A program made the translations under genes and the position numbers. A model generated the notes under the pieces. That model was not told the DNA's origin, searched no databases, and saw nothing but the letters and a program-made list of their open reading frames with translations. Below, one piece after another: positions 30,227 through 39,238 of a DNA stretch of 64,000 bases. This stretch comes from Acidimicrobiales bacterium. GTDB taxonomy: Bacteria > Actinomycetota > Acidimicrobiia > Acidimicrobiales > SZUA-35. Every line of letters starts with the position of its first letter. Position 1 is the stretch's first letter. Location: NCBI GenBank assembly GCA_020628305.1, contig JAHDFH010000004.1:1727-65726 (forward strand), given 5' to 3'.

Positions 30227-32692
30227 ATGACAGTCACAAACGATTCAGCCAAAGTACAGACAAAACCCGCAGATAGTATTGAGATCATCGACAATGCGGC
30301 GGTTGAAATGCGGGTGAAAAAACGTAATGGTGCTCTCGAGCCGGTTGATGTAAACAAGATCGTGAATGCCGTAGCACTTTGCTCAGAAGGCCTTCTCAAC
30401 GTAGACCCTATGCGGGTTGCCACCAGAACAATCTCAGCTCTTGCTGACGGAGCAACCACACGAGAGCTTGATGAGCTATCAATTCGAACCGCCGCTGGTT
30501 TCATAGTAGAAGAACCAAATTATTCAAAGCTTGCGGCCCGTCTTCTAACCACCTACATAGACAAAGAAGTTCGCAACCAAAATATTCCATGGTTTTCAGA
30601 GTCTGTGCAGCGGGGACACGAGCTCGGCCTCATCTCTGATGAGGTGTTGGAGTTTGTAACTCAAAATGCTCCAGCGTTGAATGCTGCTATCAACTCTGAC
30701 CGTGCTCGTCGGTTCGAGTTCTTTGGTCTACGAACTGTTTATGATCGCTACTTGTTGCGTCACCCAGAAACTCGAGAAGTGGTGGAAACCCCCCAATACT
30801 TCTTCCTACGAGTGGCTTGTGGGCTTTCGCGCTCTCCAGAAGAGGCCATTGCCTTCTATGACCTGATGTCGTCGCTGGCATACCTTCCATCTAGTCCAAC
30901 CCTGTTTAACTCGGGGACGCGTCACGCTCAAATGTCCTCTTGCTACCTGCTGGATTCCCCAGAAGATGACCTAGTCAGCATTTACAAGCGTTACTCAGAT
31001 ATTGCTCGTCTCAGCAAATTCGCTGGTGGGATTGGTGTTGCTTGGCATCGAATCCGCTCGAAGGGTTCTCTAATCAAAGGAACTAATGGTTTGTCTAGCG
31101 GTGTGGTTCCGTGGCTGAAGACCTTGGATTCTTCAGTAGCGGCAGTTAACCAGGGCGGTCGTCGTAAGGGAGCAGCTTGTGTCTATCTAGAGTCGTGGCA
31201 CGCTGATATTGAAGAGTTCCTCGAGCTTCGAGACAACACGGGCGACCATCAGCGCAGAGCGCACAATTTAAACCTGGCTAACTGGATTCCTGATCTCTTC
31301 ATGGAGAGGGTTGACAAGGATTGGCAATGGTCATTGTTTGACCCCAAGAAAGTCCCTCATCTCACAGACACCTTTGGTGATGACTTCCGTCGAGCTTATG
31401 AAGAGGCGGAATCTAAGGGTCTGTATGAGAAGCAGGTTTCTGCTCGAGACCTTTACTCTCGTATGATGCGCACACTTGCCCAAACAGGGAACGGTTGGAT
31501 CACATTCAAGGATTCCTCCAATGAGAAGTGCAACCAGACTGGTTGGGAGCCAGCCGAAGACCAGGCACCTCCAGTTGTTCACCTTTCAAACCTTTGCACT
31601 GAGATCATTGAGGTGACTTCGCAGTCAGAAACAGCTGTTTGTAACTTGGGGTCAGTAAATCTTGGTGAGTTTGTCGACACAGAGACAAACACGTTCGACT
31701 TTGATCGCTTGGCCGCAACTGTTCAACAGGTTGTTCCTTTCTTGGATCGAGTGATTGATATCAACTATTACCCAACAGACGAAGCCGCTCACTCTAATGC
31801 TAAGTGGCGACCAGTTGGTCTTGGCCTTATGGGCCTTCAGGATGTGTTCTTTAAGATGGGTCTGGTCTTTGATTCCAACGAGGCTCAAGAACTTTCAGCA
31901 CGAATCTCCGAAGAGATCTACTACAACGCTTTGTGGGCATCCACTGAGCTAGCCGAAGAGTCTGGACCGCACGAAACATTTGAGTTGACACGTGCATCGA
32001 AGGGGCAACTTCAGTTCGACCTGTGGGATGTCAAGCCAACAGATGAAAAGCGCTGGGACGGTCTGCGCTCTCGCATCAAGGAGCACGGTCTGCGCAACTC
32101 ACTGATGATTGCGATCGCTCCAACTGCCACCATTGCATCAATTGCTGGCTGTTATGAGTGCATTGAGCCTCAGGTGTCGAACCTGTTCAAGAAGGAAACA
32201 CTTTCTGGTGAGTTCCTACAGGTAAACCGCTACTTGGTTAAAGATCTGCAGTCGCGCGGTCTCTGGGATGAGAAGATGATCTCAGATGTGAAGCAATCTG
32301 AAGGTTCTATTCAGGATGTAGATCGGATCCCGGAAGATCTTAAAGAGGTTTACAGAACTGCTTGGGAAGTGCCAATGCGTTCGCTGATTGATATGGCAGC
32401 AGGTCGTGGTGCTTTCATCGATCAGAGCCAGTCATTGAATCTATTCATGGAGTCCCCAACTATCGGCAAGCTCTCATCAATGTATATGCACGCTTGGAAG
32501 TCTGGTCTGAAGACCACTTACTATCTGCGTTCTCGTCCCGCTACTCGCATCAATAAAACCACGGCACCTGCAACTGATTCTGGCCCTGCTCCAACATCTC
32601 CAGATAGTGAGCCAGCTAAGAAAGAGTTCACCGACGCAGAAGCTATCGCCTGCTCTTTGGAAAATCCAGAGATGTGTGAAGCGTGTGATTAG
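30227..32692 (+). CDS. nrdA: Ribonucleoside-diphosphate reductase alpha subunit (class I, with N-terminal ATP-cone)
   Basis: ATP-cone VKKRNGALEPVDVNKI; catalytic NLCTEI, SNLF..E; C-terminal redox pair CEAC. Confidence 0.92.
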   Translation: MTVTNDSAKVQTKPADSIEIIDNAAVEMRVKKRNGALEPVDVNKIVNAVALCSEGLLNVDPMRVATRTISALADGATTRELDELSIRTAAGFIVEEPNYSKLAARLLTTYIDKEVRNQNIPWFSESVQRGHELGLISDEVLEFVTQNAPALNAAINSDRARRFEFFGLRTVYDRYLLRHPETREVVETPQYFFLRVACGLSRSPEEAIAFYDLMSSLAYLPSSPTLFNSGTRHAQMSSCYLLDSPEDDLVSIYKRYSDIARLSKFAGGIGVAWHRIRSKGSLIKGTNGLSSGVVPWLKTLDSSVAAVNQGGRRKGAACVYLESWHADIEEFLELRDNTGDHQRRAHNLNLANWIPDLFMERVDKDWQWSLFDPKKVPHLTDTFGDDFRRAYEEAESKGLYEKQVSARDLYSRMMRTLAQTGNGWITFKDSSNEKCNQTGWEPAEDQAPPVVHLSNLCTEIIEVTSQSETAVCNLGSVNLGEFVDTETNTFDFDRLAATVQQVVPFLDRVIDINYYPTDEAAHSNAKWRPVGLGLMGLQDVFFKMGLVFDSNEAQELSARISEEIYYNALWASTELAEESGPHETFELTRASKGQLQFDLWDVKPTDEKRWDGLRSRIKEHGLRNSLMIAIAPTATIASIAGCYECIEPQVSNLFKKETLSGEFLQVNRYLVKDLQSRGLWDEKMISDVKQSEGSIQDVDRIPEDLKEVYRTAWEVPMRSLIDMAAGRGAFIDQSQSLNLFMESPTIGKLSSMYMHAWKSGLKTTYYLRSRPATRINKTTAPATDSGPAPTSPDSEPAKKEFTDAEAIACSLENPEMCEACD

Positions 32693-32744
32693 ATCGAAAC
32701 TCCACCTAGAATTATCAACCCGCCAGAAAATTTAGAAAGGCCCC

Positions 32745-33824
32745 ATGGCTATCACCAACGACGCTTTACCGTACGCAACTGAGGAAGAAGCCGCTCCAGA
32801 AGTGGCTAGATCTACTCGGCCCAGTAATATTTTGGATGCCGGATTTGACCTTACGTTGAGGCCAATGCGTTACCCGCAGTTCTATGAGATGTATCAAGAT
32901 GCAATCAAGAACACGTGGACAGTTGATGAGATTGATTTTTCTGACGACCTGACAGATTTGGATCGAAAGCTTATGCCTGCGGAGCAGCACTTGGTGCGTC
33001 GCCTTGTTGCTTTCTTTGCCACAGGTGACTCGATTGTGGCAAACAACTTGGTTTTGAATCTATATCAGCACATCAATGCTCCCGAAGCCAGAATGTATTT
33101 GTCTCGTCAGCTTTACGAAGAAGCTTTACACGTTCAGTTCTACCTCACCCTGTTAGATAACTACATCCCAGACCATGACGAGCGAGCTGAGGCGTTCCAC
33201 GCCATTGAGACCATCCCTTCAATTCGTCAGAAGGGCGAGTTCTGTTTCAAGTGGATCGATTCAATCAACGAACTTGACGAGCTCAGAACTAAGGAAGATC
33301 GCCAGAAGTTCTTGCTTAACCTCATTTGCTTCGCAACATGTATCGAGGGACTGTTCTTCTTCGCAGCTTTTGCCTATGTCTACTTCCTGCGTTCTAAGGG
33401 CCTCCTTAACGGATTAGCTTCTGGAACTAACTGGGTATTCAGGGACGAAAGCTGCCACATGAACTTCGCTTTAGAGGTAGTTAACACTGTTAGGCGTGAA
33501 GAGCCTGAGTTGTTTGATGCCGATCTAGAAGAGCAGATCAAGCAGATGATTGGCGAGGCCATTGATGCTGAGCACATGTTCGCAGCAGACGTCCTCGGTG
33601 AAGGTGTTCCAGGTATGAGCCTAAGGGATATGAGAACCTACCTCGAATATGTCGCGGACCAGCGTTTTAGGCAGCTAGGCATGGAAGCACAGTATGGAGC
33701 TAAGAATCCGTTTGACTTCATGGAGCTACAGGATGTTCAGGAGCTCACAAACTTCTTCGAACGAACAGTATCTGCCTATCAAGTCGGTGTTGAAGGAACT
33801 GTTTCTTTCGAAGAGGACTTTTAG
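32745..33824 (+). CDS. nrdB: Ribonucleoside-diphosphate reductase beta subunit
   Basis: Di-iron ligands D..(FFATGDS), EEALHVQFY (E-x-x-H plus radical Tyr at +7), ..FRDESCH; acidic C-terminal tail. Confidence 0.92.
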   Translation: MAITNDALPYATEEEAAPEVARSTRPSNILDAGFDLTLRPMRYPQFYEMYQDAIKNTWTVDEIDFSDDLTDLDRKLMPAEQHLVRRLVAFFATGDSIVANNLVLNLYQHINAPEARMYLSRQLYEEALHVQFYLTLLDNYIPDHDERAEAFHAIETIPSIRQKGEFCFKWIDSINELDELRTKEDRQKFLLNLICFATCIEGLFFFAAFAYVYFLRSKGLLNGLASGTNWVFRDESCHMNFALEVVNTVRREEPELFDADLEEQIKQMIGEAIDAEHMFAADVLGEGVPGMSLRDMRTYLEYVADQRFRQLGMEAQYGAKNPFDFMELQDVQELTNFFERTVSAYQVGVEGTVSFEEDF

Positions 33825-33888
33825 GAGCGACTCGAAGAAGTCTAGCTAACGACAAGCTGAGTATGTGGGGGGAGTACTTGGGGTTAGG

Positions 33889-34356
33889 TTAGAGAATTGC
33901 AGTTCTGTGCGGCTGGTCCGGTATTTGACTTAGGCCATCGGAGAACGCCTGGTTTGCTACCAAATAGACTTGCCGCTGGACCACTTCACGAATGTCAATC
34001 GCTATCTGGGCAAGCTCAGCTAGATCGGTGGGTGTATCAGGCGCAGGCAGAGCTTTAAAGCGTTCCACTTGGACCCGTACCTGCCGATTGGGGCTGCCAA
34101 GCTCTGCCAACTCCTCATAGGAGTCTATTTGTTCCAATGCAAGAGCGATCTGTCGGACTGAAGAGAGCGCCCGACGAACCCTGTCAGGGTTCGTCTCGAT
34201 GATTTCAGTCCCAGTGAATTCAAGCGTGATAGAAGATCCAGCATCTAGACGCTTCTGGAGTTCCTCTGTCACTCCACGGTTGGCAGTTAACGGTATTTCG
34301 TGATCTTGCTCGCCGTCCTTTAGTCTGACCCTGAGGATCCCAACTTTACTAATCAC
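33889..34356 (-). CDS. Hypothetical protein, divergent from the T4SS-like operon
   Basis: 155-aa ORF with no recognisable motif; coding status is based only on length and clean intergenic flanks. Confidence 0.45.
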   Translation of the reverse strand: MISKVGILRVRLKDGEQDHEIPLTANRGVTEELQKRLDAGSSITLEFTGTEIIETNPDRVRRALSSVRQIALALEQIDSYEELAELGSPNRQVRVQVERFKALPAPDTPTDLAELAQIAIDIREVVQRQVYLVANQAFSDGLSQIPDQPHRTAIL

Positions 34357-34558
34357 TATTTACCACCTTTCGCCGAGCGCCAGTCTAGCCGAATTAGCAC
34401 AGTTTCCGTGCTTTCATAGATGGTGGTAGTACGAGGTCAATCAACCTAGCATCATGTAGGTGGTTGTACCCGCAGGTGGTGAAATTCCTTTCTGTGTGCT
34501 TTTCACTGTGATAATCTCTAAGTAAAGCCAAATTAGGCGTTAGTTGAGGCGGGTAATC

Positions 34559-34996
34559 ATGAAAGTGCTGAAACATTTAGCAGAGAGACTATCTTTGTCC
34601 GTGAGTGTTGGGCTGCTGGCCCTATTGATGGTGGCGGGCTCAAGCTCAGTCGCATCGGCGCAGCCACCAGGAGATCCGTGCAGAGAGGCGGGCACTTGTC
34701 CCCAACCAGGTGCATCTGGGCTTCCAGAGACAACGTCTGCTTCGCCTCCTGGTTTGGGGCCTGTGTTTGAGGCTGTGTTGAGTTGGACTAAGTGGATTGC
34801 TGGTGCTGCTGGTTTGGGTGGTATTTTTGTGATTGCGATCATGATGATGATTGGTCGTCGTAATAGGTCTCAGTTGGCGGCTGATGGTATGTCTGCTTTG
34901 CCTTGGATTGTTGGTGGGTTTATCTTGATTGGTATTTCTGCTGCTTTGGCTGAAGCGTTGTTGTCTGCTGGTGCTAGTGCTCCAGTGGAATTCTAA
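34559..34996 (+). CDS. Pilin-like small membrane protein, paralog 1 (signal peptide, Pro/Cys-rich segment, two TM helices)
   Basis: MKVLKHL..GLLALLMVAGSSSVASA|QPPGD; C-terminal WIAGAAGLGGIFVIAIMMMIGRRNRS..WIVGGFILIGISAALA. This topology is typical of TrbC/VirB2-like or actinobacterial small T4SS-associated proteins. ATG 34559 preferred to TTG 34544. Confidence 0.7.
   Translation: MKVLKHLAERLSLSVSVGLLALLMVAGSSSVASAQPPGDPCREAGTCPQPGASGLPETTSASPPGLGPVFEAVLSWTKWIAGAAGLGGIFVIAIMMMIGRRNRSQLAADGMSALPWIVGGFILIGISAALAEALLSAGASAPVEF
34744..34980 (+). repeat. Copy A of a perfect 237-bp direct duplication
   Basis: Base-by-base comparison with 35072-35308 shows 237/237 identity; offset 328 bp. Confidence 0.95.
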
Positions 34997-35006
34997 GAAA
35001 GGAAAG

Positions 35007-35324
35007 ATGATCATGTTAGCTGAACTATCTTTAGTATTGCTACAAGATATACCGACCGCAGAGAGCATAGCGCCTCCTGGTTTGGGGCCTGTGTTTGAGG
35101 CTGTGTTGAGTTGGACTAAGTGGATTGCTGGTGCTGCTGGTTTGGGTGGTATTTTTGTGATTGCGATCATGATGATGATTGGTCGTCGTAATAGGTCTCA
35201 GTTGGCGGCTGATGGTATGTCTGCTTTGCCTTGGATTGTTGGTGGGTTTATCTTGATTGGTATTTCTGCTGCTTTGGCTGAAGCGTTGTTGTCTGCTGGT
35301 GCTAGTGCGCCGGTGCAATTTTAG
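35007..35324 (+). CDS. Pilin-like small membrane protein, paralog 2 (different N-terminus, no obvious signal peptide)
   Basis: GGAAAG then ATG 35007: MIMLAELSLVLLQDIPTAESIA followed by 79 residues identical to paralog 1, diverging only at the last 4 aa. Confidence 0.6.
   Translation: MIMLAELSLVLLQDIPTAESIAPPGLGPVFEAVLSWTKWIAGAAGLGGIFVIAIMMMIGRRNRSQLAADGMSALPWIVGGFILIGISAALAEALLSAGASAPVQF
35072..35308 (+). repeat. Copy B of the perfect 237-bp direct duplication
   Basis: Identical to 34744-34980. Confidence 0.95.
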
Positions 35325-35335
35325 TCGGCGAACTC

Positions 35336-36133
35336 ATGGCGGCGGGATACTCACAAGGACAAGCAAAGTTAATAATGACTTTCTTGGTGGCGATTGTGGC
35401 AATAGTCGTCATAGGGTTGCCCGTCTATTTGGTAACTACAGCCGATGAGGGTTTTATTGGTAAGCCCGATGTCGAGTCAACAGCAAGATCATCCTCGACC
35501 ACGCTAGCTGTCGAGCAATCGGGGGAAGCGATAGCCGACGCAGATACGACCTTAGTGACTTCATTCAACCATGTCGAATATTTCACACAAGCTGAGCAGA
35601 TGACTATCCTAATTCAGCCGCAGGGTTACACGTTTGAGACGATAGATGAGTTTTACTGGTATCCAGTCAGTTCTGAGTTTGGGCCATCGGTGTTTGATCA
35701 AGGAAGTTCAGCAGGTTTCGCCAGAACTCCCGAAGGTGCAGCCTTGGCGGCAATTCATCTGTATTATCGCACTTTGCCTACTCTACCTTCCTGGCAGAGT
35801 ATCGCCGAGAGTCATTTAGTTGGCCCGGGGGTACGAGCAAGGATCGACAACGGGATTGAGCTTCAGTCGTCCGTGAACGACGTAAAGGAAGTCTTTGCCC
35901 TTAAAGAGGCACCGGTTGGTTGGGATATTCTTGACTATAGCGAGTCAGCCGACAGCGCCACCGTTGCGGTGTATGGAGATGACATTAACTCAAAAAGTCC
36001 CTTCGTGCGTACTTTACGAGTTGTGTGGCAAGATGAGGATTGGCGTTTAGTAGTTCCCGCGGACAATGAATTCGAGTTGTCTCGTAGTTTTGGAGAACCC
36101 AATGACGTCTCATTCGTAGGAAGCTTCCGCTGA
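35336..36133 (+). CDS. Membrane-anchored protein of unknown function in the T4SS-like operon
   Basis: N-terminal TM LIMTFLVAIVAIVVIGLPVYLV, then a soluble domain of about 220 aa; the stop overlaps the next start (TGATG). Confidence 0.6.
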   Translation: MAAGYSQGQAKLIMTFLVAIVAIVVIGLPVYLVTTADEGFIGKPDVESTARSSSTTLAVEQSGEAIADADTTLVTSFNHVEYFTQAEQMTILIQPQGYTFETIDEFYWYPVSSEFGPSVFDQGSSAGFARTPEGAALAAIHLYYRTLPTLPSWQSIAESHLVGPGVRARIDNGIELQSSVNDVKEVFALKEAPVGWDILDYSESADSATVAVYGDDINSKSPFVRTLRVVWQDEDWRLVVPADNEFELSRSFGEPNDVSFVGSFR

Positions 36134-37077
36134 TGATGGATATTGATGGGGTAATCGAAGCCGGCGTTGGCAAACTTTGGGAGTTCAGTGGCGGTGTCTC
36201 GGCCGACTTTGTCCTTGCCCCTATTAAGGCGGCCTTTCATGGCATCATAGCTGTGATTGCTGAGTTCTTGAGCGAGTCGATTATTTTTTGGATGGAAAGC
36301 TATGCTTCCGCCTTTTTAACGGAGGGGTCCCTTATTACAGAAGGTTGGGACAGTGTTGCGGTTGATATTCGAACACGGCTTTGGTACATCTCTGCGGTCA
36401 TGGTGGCGGTTGGCGTGGTTTGGCAATCTTTGCGAATCATTTGGAACAAAAATGGCGAACCACTTGCACAATTGATAAAGTCCACAGCCATTTTCATCTT
36501 CGTAGCAGGATCAGGACTCGGCTTAGTTCAAGCTGGCTCTTTTGCAGCAGATGAATTAACTAGGTCGTTTCTTCAAGCCGATGGCTTTTCAGTGATCGAT
36601 ACTTTTGAGAACGTCGGTTTCGCATCACCGGCTCGTCTATTTGTACTACTGTTCGGCATGGTTCCCTTTGCCCTCGTCATGGGTTACATCTGGGTGGTGA
36701 CCTGGGCGAAGGATATATTGGTTGTGGTAGCGAGTGGTGCTCTAGTTCTGGCCGCTTCCGGCCAATTTTTCGGCTTCTCTCGTGAGTGGCTTAACAAACT
36801 GGTCGGTACCTTGGTAGCTACGCTACTTTACAAGCCTGGTATCGCTTTTGTCTTGTCGTTAGGTCTCGAGATCATCAGGAGTGGTGGTGTGATAGGTCTC
36901 ATTCTGGGGCCTCTAATTACAATTGCTGGGGTGTGGGCAGCTAAGCCGTTGCTGAAAGTTTTCACGTCCATCAACTATGCAGGCAGTATTGGGTCTGGTC
37001 AGTCGTTCGGTACAGGTGCAATCGGTAGTCGGTCGACGGGCTATAGCGCTGCTATGCCAACAGGGATCGACCGATGA
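36133..37077 (+). CDS. Polytopic membrane protein, VirB6/TrbL-like
   Basis: 314 aa with about 6 hydrophobic helices and a Gly/Ser-rich tail. Size, topology and position next to pilin-like genes match TrbL/VirB6 of actinobacterial T4SS loci. Confidence 0.6.
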   Translation: MMDIDGVIEAGVGKLWEFSGGVSADFVLAPIKAAFHGIIAVIAEFLSESIIFWMESYASAFLTEGSLITEGWDSVAVDIRTRLWYISAVMVAVGVVWQSLRIIWNKNGEPLAQLIKSTAIFIFVAGSGLGLVQAGSFAADELTRSFLQADGFSVIDTFENVGFASPARLFVLLFGMVPFALVMGYIWVVTWAKDILVVVASGALVLAASGQFFGFSREWLNKLVGTLVATLLYKPGIAFVLSLGLEIIRSGGVIGLILGPLITIAGVWAAKPLLKVFTSINYAGSIGSGQSFGTGAIGSRSTGYSAAMPTGIDR

Positions 37078-37610
37078 GTGTTTTACGGGCCATGGTCCTT
37101 TCAATCCTCTTGGTTCTCGGTGCCCAAAATAGCGCTTCGGCATTGCCTGTGTTTCAAGACGCTGAAGCCTTTGATCGATGTGAGCCGAGTGAGCGTTCAC
37201 AGACCCAAAGAGAGGATGAGGGCGAAAGGGATTCAGCAGACGAAGGCTCGGACGAGGACGAGAACATTGAGTCTTATCTTCCTGATGCCAAATGCGAGAC
37301 TGAAAACTTGAAGGATGGACTTCGTCTCGACTTCGGATGTGATGCTTCTTGCGACCGGTCGCAAACCATGAAATTGGTCGGTCAGATATTGGGATATGTG
37401 AAGTGGTTTGCTGGTTTCGCTGGCGTGGGAGGATTCTTTTTGGTTGCAATAAAGCTCATGGTGGACCGTCGAAATCGGTCAGCCATGGTCGCTGACTCTT
37501 TGACGGCACTTATGTGGATATGTGCAGGGTTAGTTTTACTAGGTTTGGGCACGGCTCTAGCCCAGGAGATTGTGGATACTGCCTTAACAGCATCCACTAT
37601 TGATTCGTAG
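37074..37610 (+). CDS. Pilin-like protein, paralog 3 (signal peptide, acidic Cys-containing domain, conserved 2-TM C-terminus)
   Basis: MSVLRAMVLSILLVLGAQNSASA|LP; C-terminal WFAGFAGVGGFFLVAIKLMVDRRNRS...WICAGLVLLGLGTALA is homologous to paralogs 1 and 2; ATGA overlap with the upstream gene. Confidence 0.7.
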   Translation: MSVLRAMVLSILLVLGAQNSASALPVFQDAEAFDRCEPSERSQTQREDEGERDSADEGSDEDENIESYLPDAKCETENLKDGLRLDFGCDASCDRSQTMKLVGQILGYVKWFAGFAGVGGFFLVAIKLMVDRRNRSAMVADSLTALMWICAGLVLLGLGTALAQEIVDTALTASTIDS

Positions 37611-37725
37611 TTAAAATTGCCCATAAACCGTTGGGCTAAGCGTACCAATTGCCAGATTCTTCTTTTAGGTAGCTCTGGCGTTGTGATAATCTTGTATCAA
37701 TGAGGTGGCAGCCTCGGGAGACTTC

Positions 37726-39228
37726 ATGGCGGATCAAGTATTTGGCGAAATGCGAACCTACGGTGGTTGGCGCAGAAAGCGTGGCTTAGGATTCTTTGGC
37801 CTGTCACAAATTGAGTCAGGTGTTGCATTTATCATCGCATTAGTCTTTTTTATAATTCTGGCAAGAGCTCGAGTCATCCTTATACCAAGCGCAATAGTTA
37901 CTTTTCTGGCCCTCGGTTCAATGGCAAGGGTTGATGGTCAACCAGTTTGGCAAGTTGCATGGATCGAAATAATGATGTTGCGTTCAGCAGCAGCCGGTGG
38001 TGGAACATTTCGGTCTGGTTACTTTTCTGGAAACGCAGCTGGCTCAGGTGACGATCTTCCCGGGGCACTTGCTCCCACACGCACCTATGCAGTTCAGACT
38101 GACGCAAGGCGTCCGTACGGGGTCGTCTACAACGACTCTTTACAGACAGCGACCGTTACCTGGCGTGTTCATCCGCATACCCCGCACTTGGCTGATCAGG
38201 AGCAGGTTGATGTTTGGGTTGCATCCTGGCATCAGTTCCTAGCCTCTTTGGGCTATATCGACCAGATAGCACACCTTCAGGTCACGGTAGCAACAGCGAC
38301 AGAACCTGGCGCAGTGGTTGCTGAAAATCTGGCTGCTAGTCGAGCTTCTAACGCTCCGGCCCTGGCACAGAACTTGCTCAATGAGTTGGCAGCCCGCGAA
38401 AATAGCGGGACAACAGTCTCAAGTACCTTCATCTCAGCGACTTTTGATACGCGGTACGGCCCAGCTGCTCGTGAGAAAGACCCTGCGGTTCGCATTCAAC
38501 ATGTTGTTGGTTTGGTAACCGCCATGAACCAAGATATTCGTACAAGTGGTCTTGCGTCCGCTAGTTTGTTGACAGTTCAGGAGTTAGCAGCTCAGAACAA
38601 AGGAGCTTTCGTTCCGTCCCTCCGAAAGCCTTTGGTGGAGGCTTTGCGCCGCGGTGATACATCTGCGTTGCAGTGGCATATCTCTGGACCCCGTATGGCC
38701 GAATCCAACCGTTACTACTATCGTCACGATGAAGCTATAACTATTGCATGGACTCTCAAGGAGGCACCACGTGGTCACGTCACAGAAGAAGTTCTATACA
38801 ACCTAATGTCTCCAGGTACTTTTCCGAAGAGAGTCACCTTGACGTGGAACCCAACGCCTGCTGAGAAGGCCGCTCGAATTCTTGAAAATGAGCGCACGAT
38901 GAATGAAGCAAAACGTTTGGTTAAGGCTAGAGGGATGCGGGATGAAAGCGCTCGAGACGAGTATGACCGGCAAGCAACTGAAATGGCAGCAGCGGATGAA
39001 GCAAGAGGTGCCGGATTGGGCGATTTCATGATTTCAGTCGCAACTACCTTTGAAGTATCTCCCGATATTACCGATGAGCAAATCGATTCTCTCATTGATC
39101 GGGCAAGCGTAGAGATTGAGTCAAGAGCAAAACAATCAAAGATGTTGTTGCGCCCAGCATATGGATTTCATGATGCTGTTCTATTCTCGTCGTTACCAGC
39201 TGGGATCAATCCCACAGTGTTGAATTAG
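37726..39228 (+). CDS. SCO6880-family-like T4SS-associated membrane protein
   Basis: N-terminus ..YGGWRRKRGLGFFGLS followed by two TM helices and a soluble domain of about 400 aa. Family name is from memory of actinobacterial ICE annotation. GGGAG precedes ATG 37726; an alternative GTG lies at 37705. Confidence 0.6.
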   Translation: MADQVFGEMRTYGGWRRKRGLGFFGLSQIESGVAFIIALVFFIILARARVILIPSAIVTFLALGSMARVDGQPVWQVAWIEIMMLRSAAAGGGTFRSGYFSGNAAGSGDDLPGALAPTRTYAVQTDARRPYGVVYNDSLQTATVTWRVHPHTPHLADQEQVDVWVASWHQFLASLGYIDQIAHLQVTVATATEPGAVVAENLAASRASNAPALAQNLLNELAARENSGTTVSSTFISATFDTRYGPAAREKDPAVRIQHVVGLVTAMNQDIRTSGLASASLLTVQELAAQNKGAFVPSLRKPLVEALRRGDTSALQWHISGPRMAESNRYYYRHDEAITIAWTLKEAPRGHVTEEVLYNLMSPGTFPKRVTLTWNPTPAEKAARILENERTMNEAKRLVKARGMRDESARDEYDRQATEMAAADEARGAGLGDFMISVATTFEVSPDITDEQIDSLIDRASVEIESRAKQSKMLLRPAYGFHDAVLFSSLPAGINPTVLN

Positions 39229-39238
39229 GTGTTGGGTT

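Noticed and set aside
27362-32692. Inteins in dnaB or nrdA, which are common insertion hosts in Actinobacteria.
   Set aside because: Both proteins have normal lengths (456 and 821 aa). Their catalytic motifs are contiguous, with no Cys/Ser...HN splicing-block insertion.
32745-33824. Whether NrdB is a radical-less class Ic (Phe instead of Tyr) subunit.
   Set aside because: In EEALHVQFY the residue at +7 from the Glu ligand is Tyr and the first ligand is Asp (ATGDS), which is the ordinary class Ia pattern.
34540-35318. Minus-strand ORFs (34540-34842, 34646-35170, 35040-35318) that appear to share long identical peptide segments.
   Set aside because: They are antisense to the pilin-like genes and are duplicated only because the 237-bp repeat is duplicated. 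Their translations are T/N/H/R/P/Q/S-rich nonsense with no start context. The plus-strand frames have signal peptides and TM helices.
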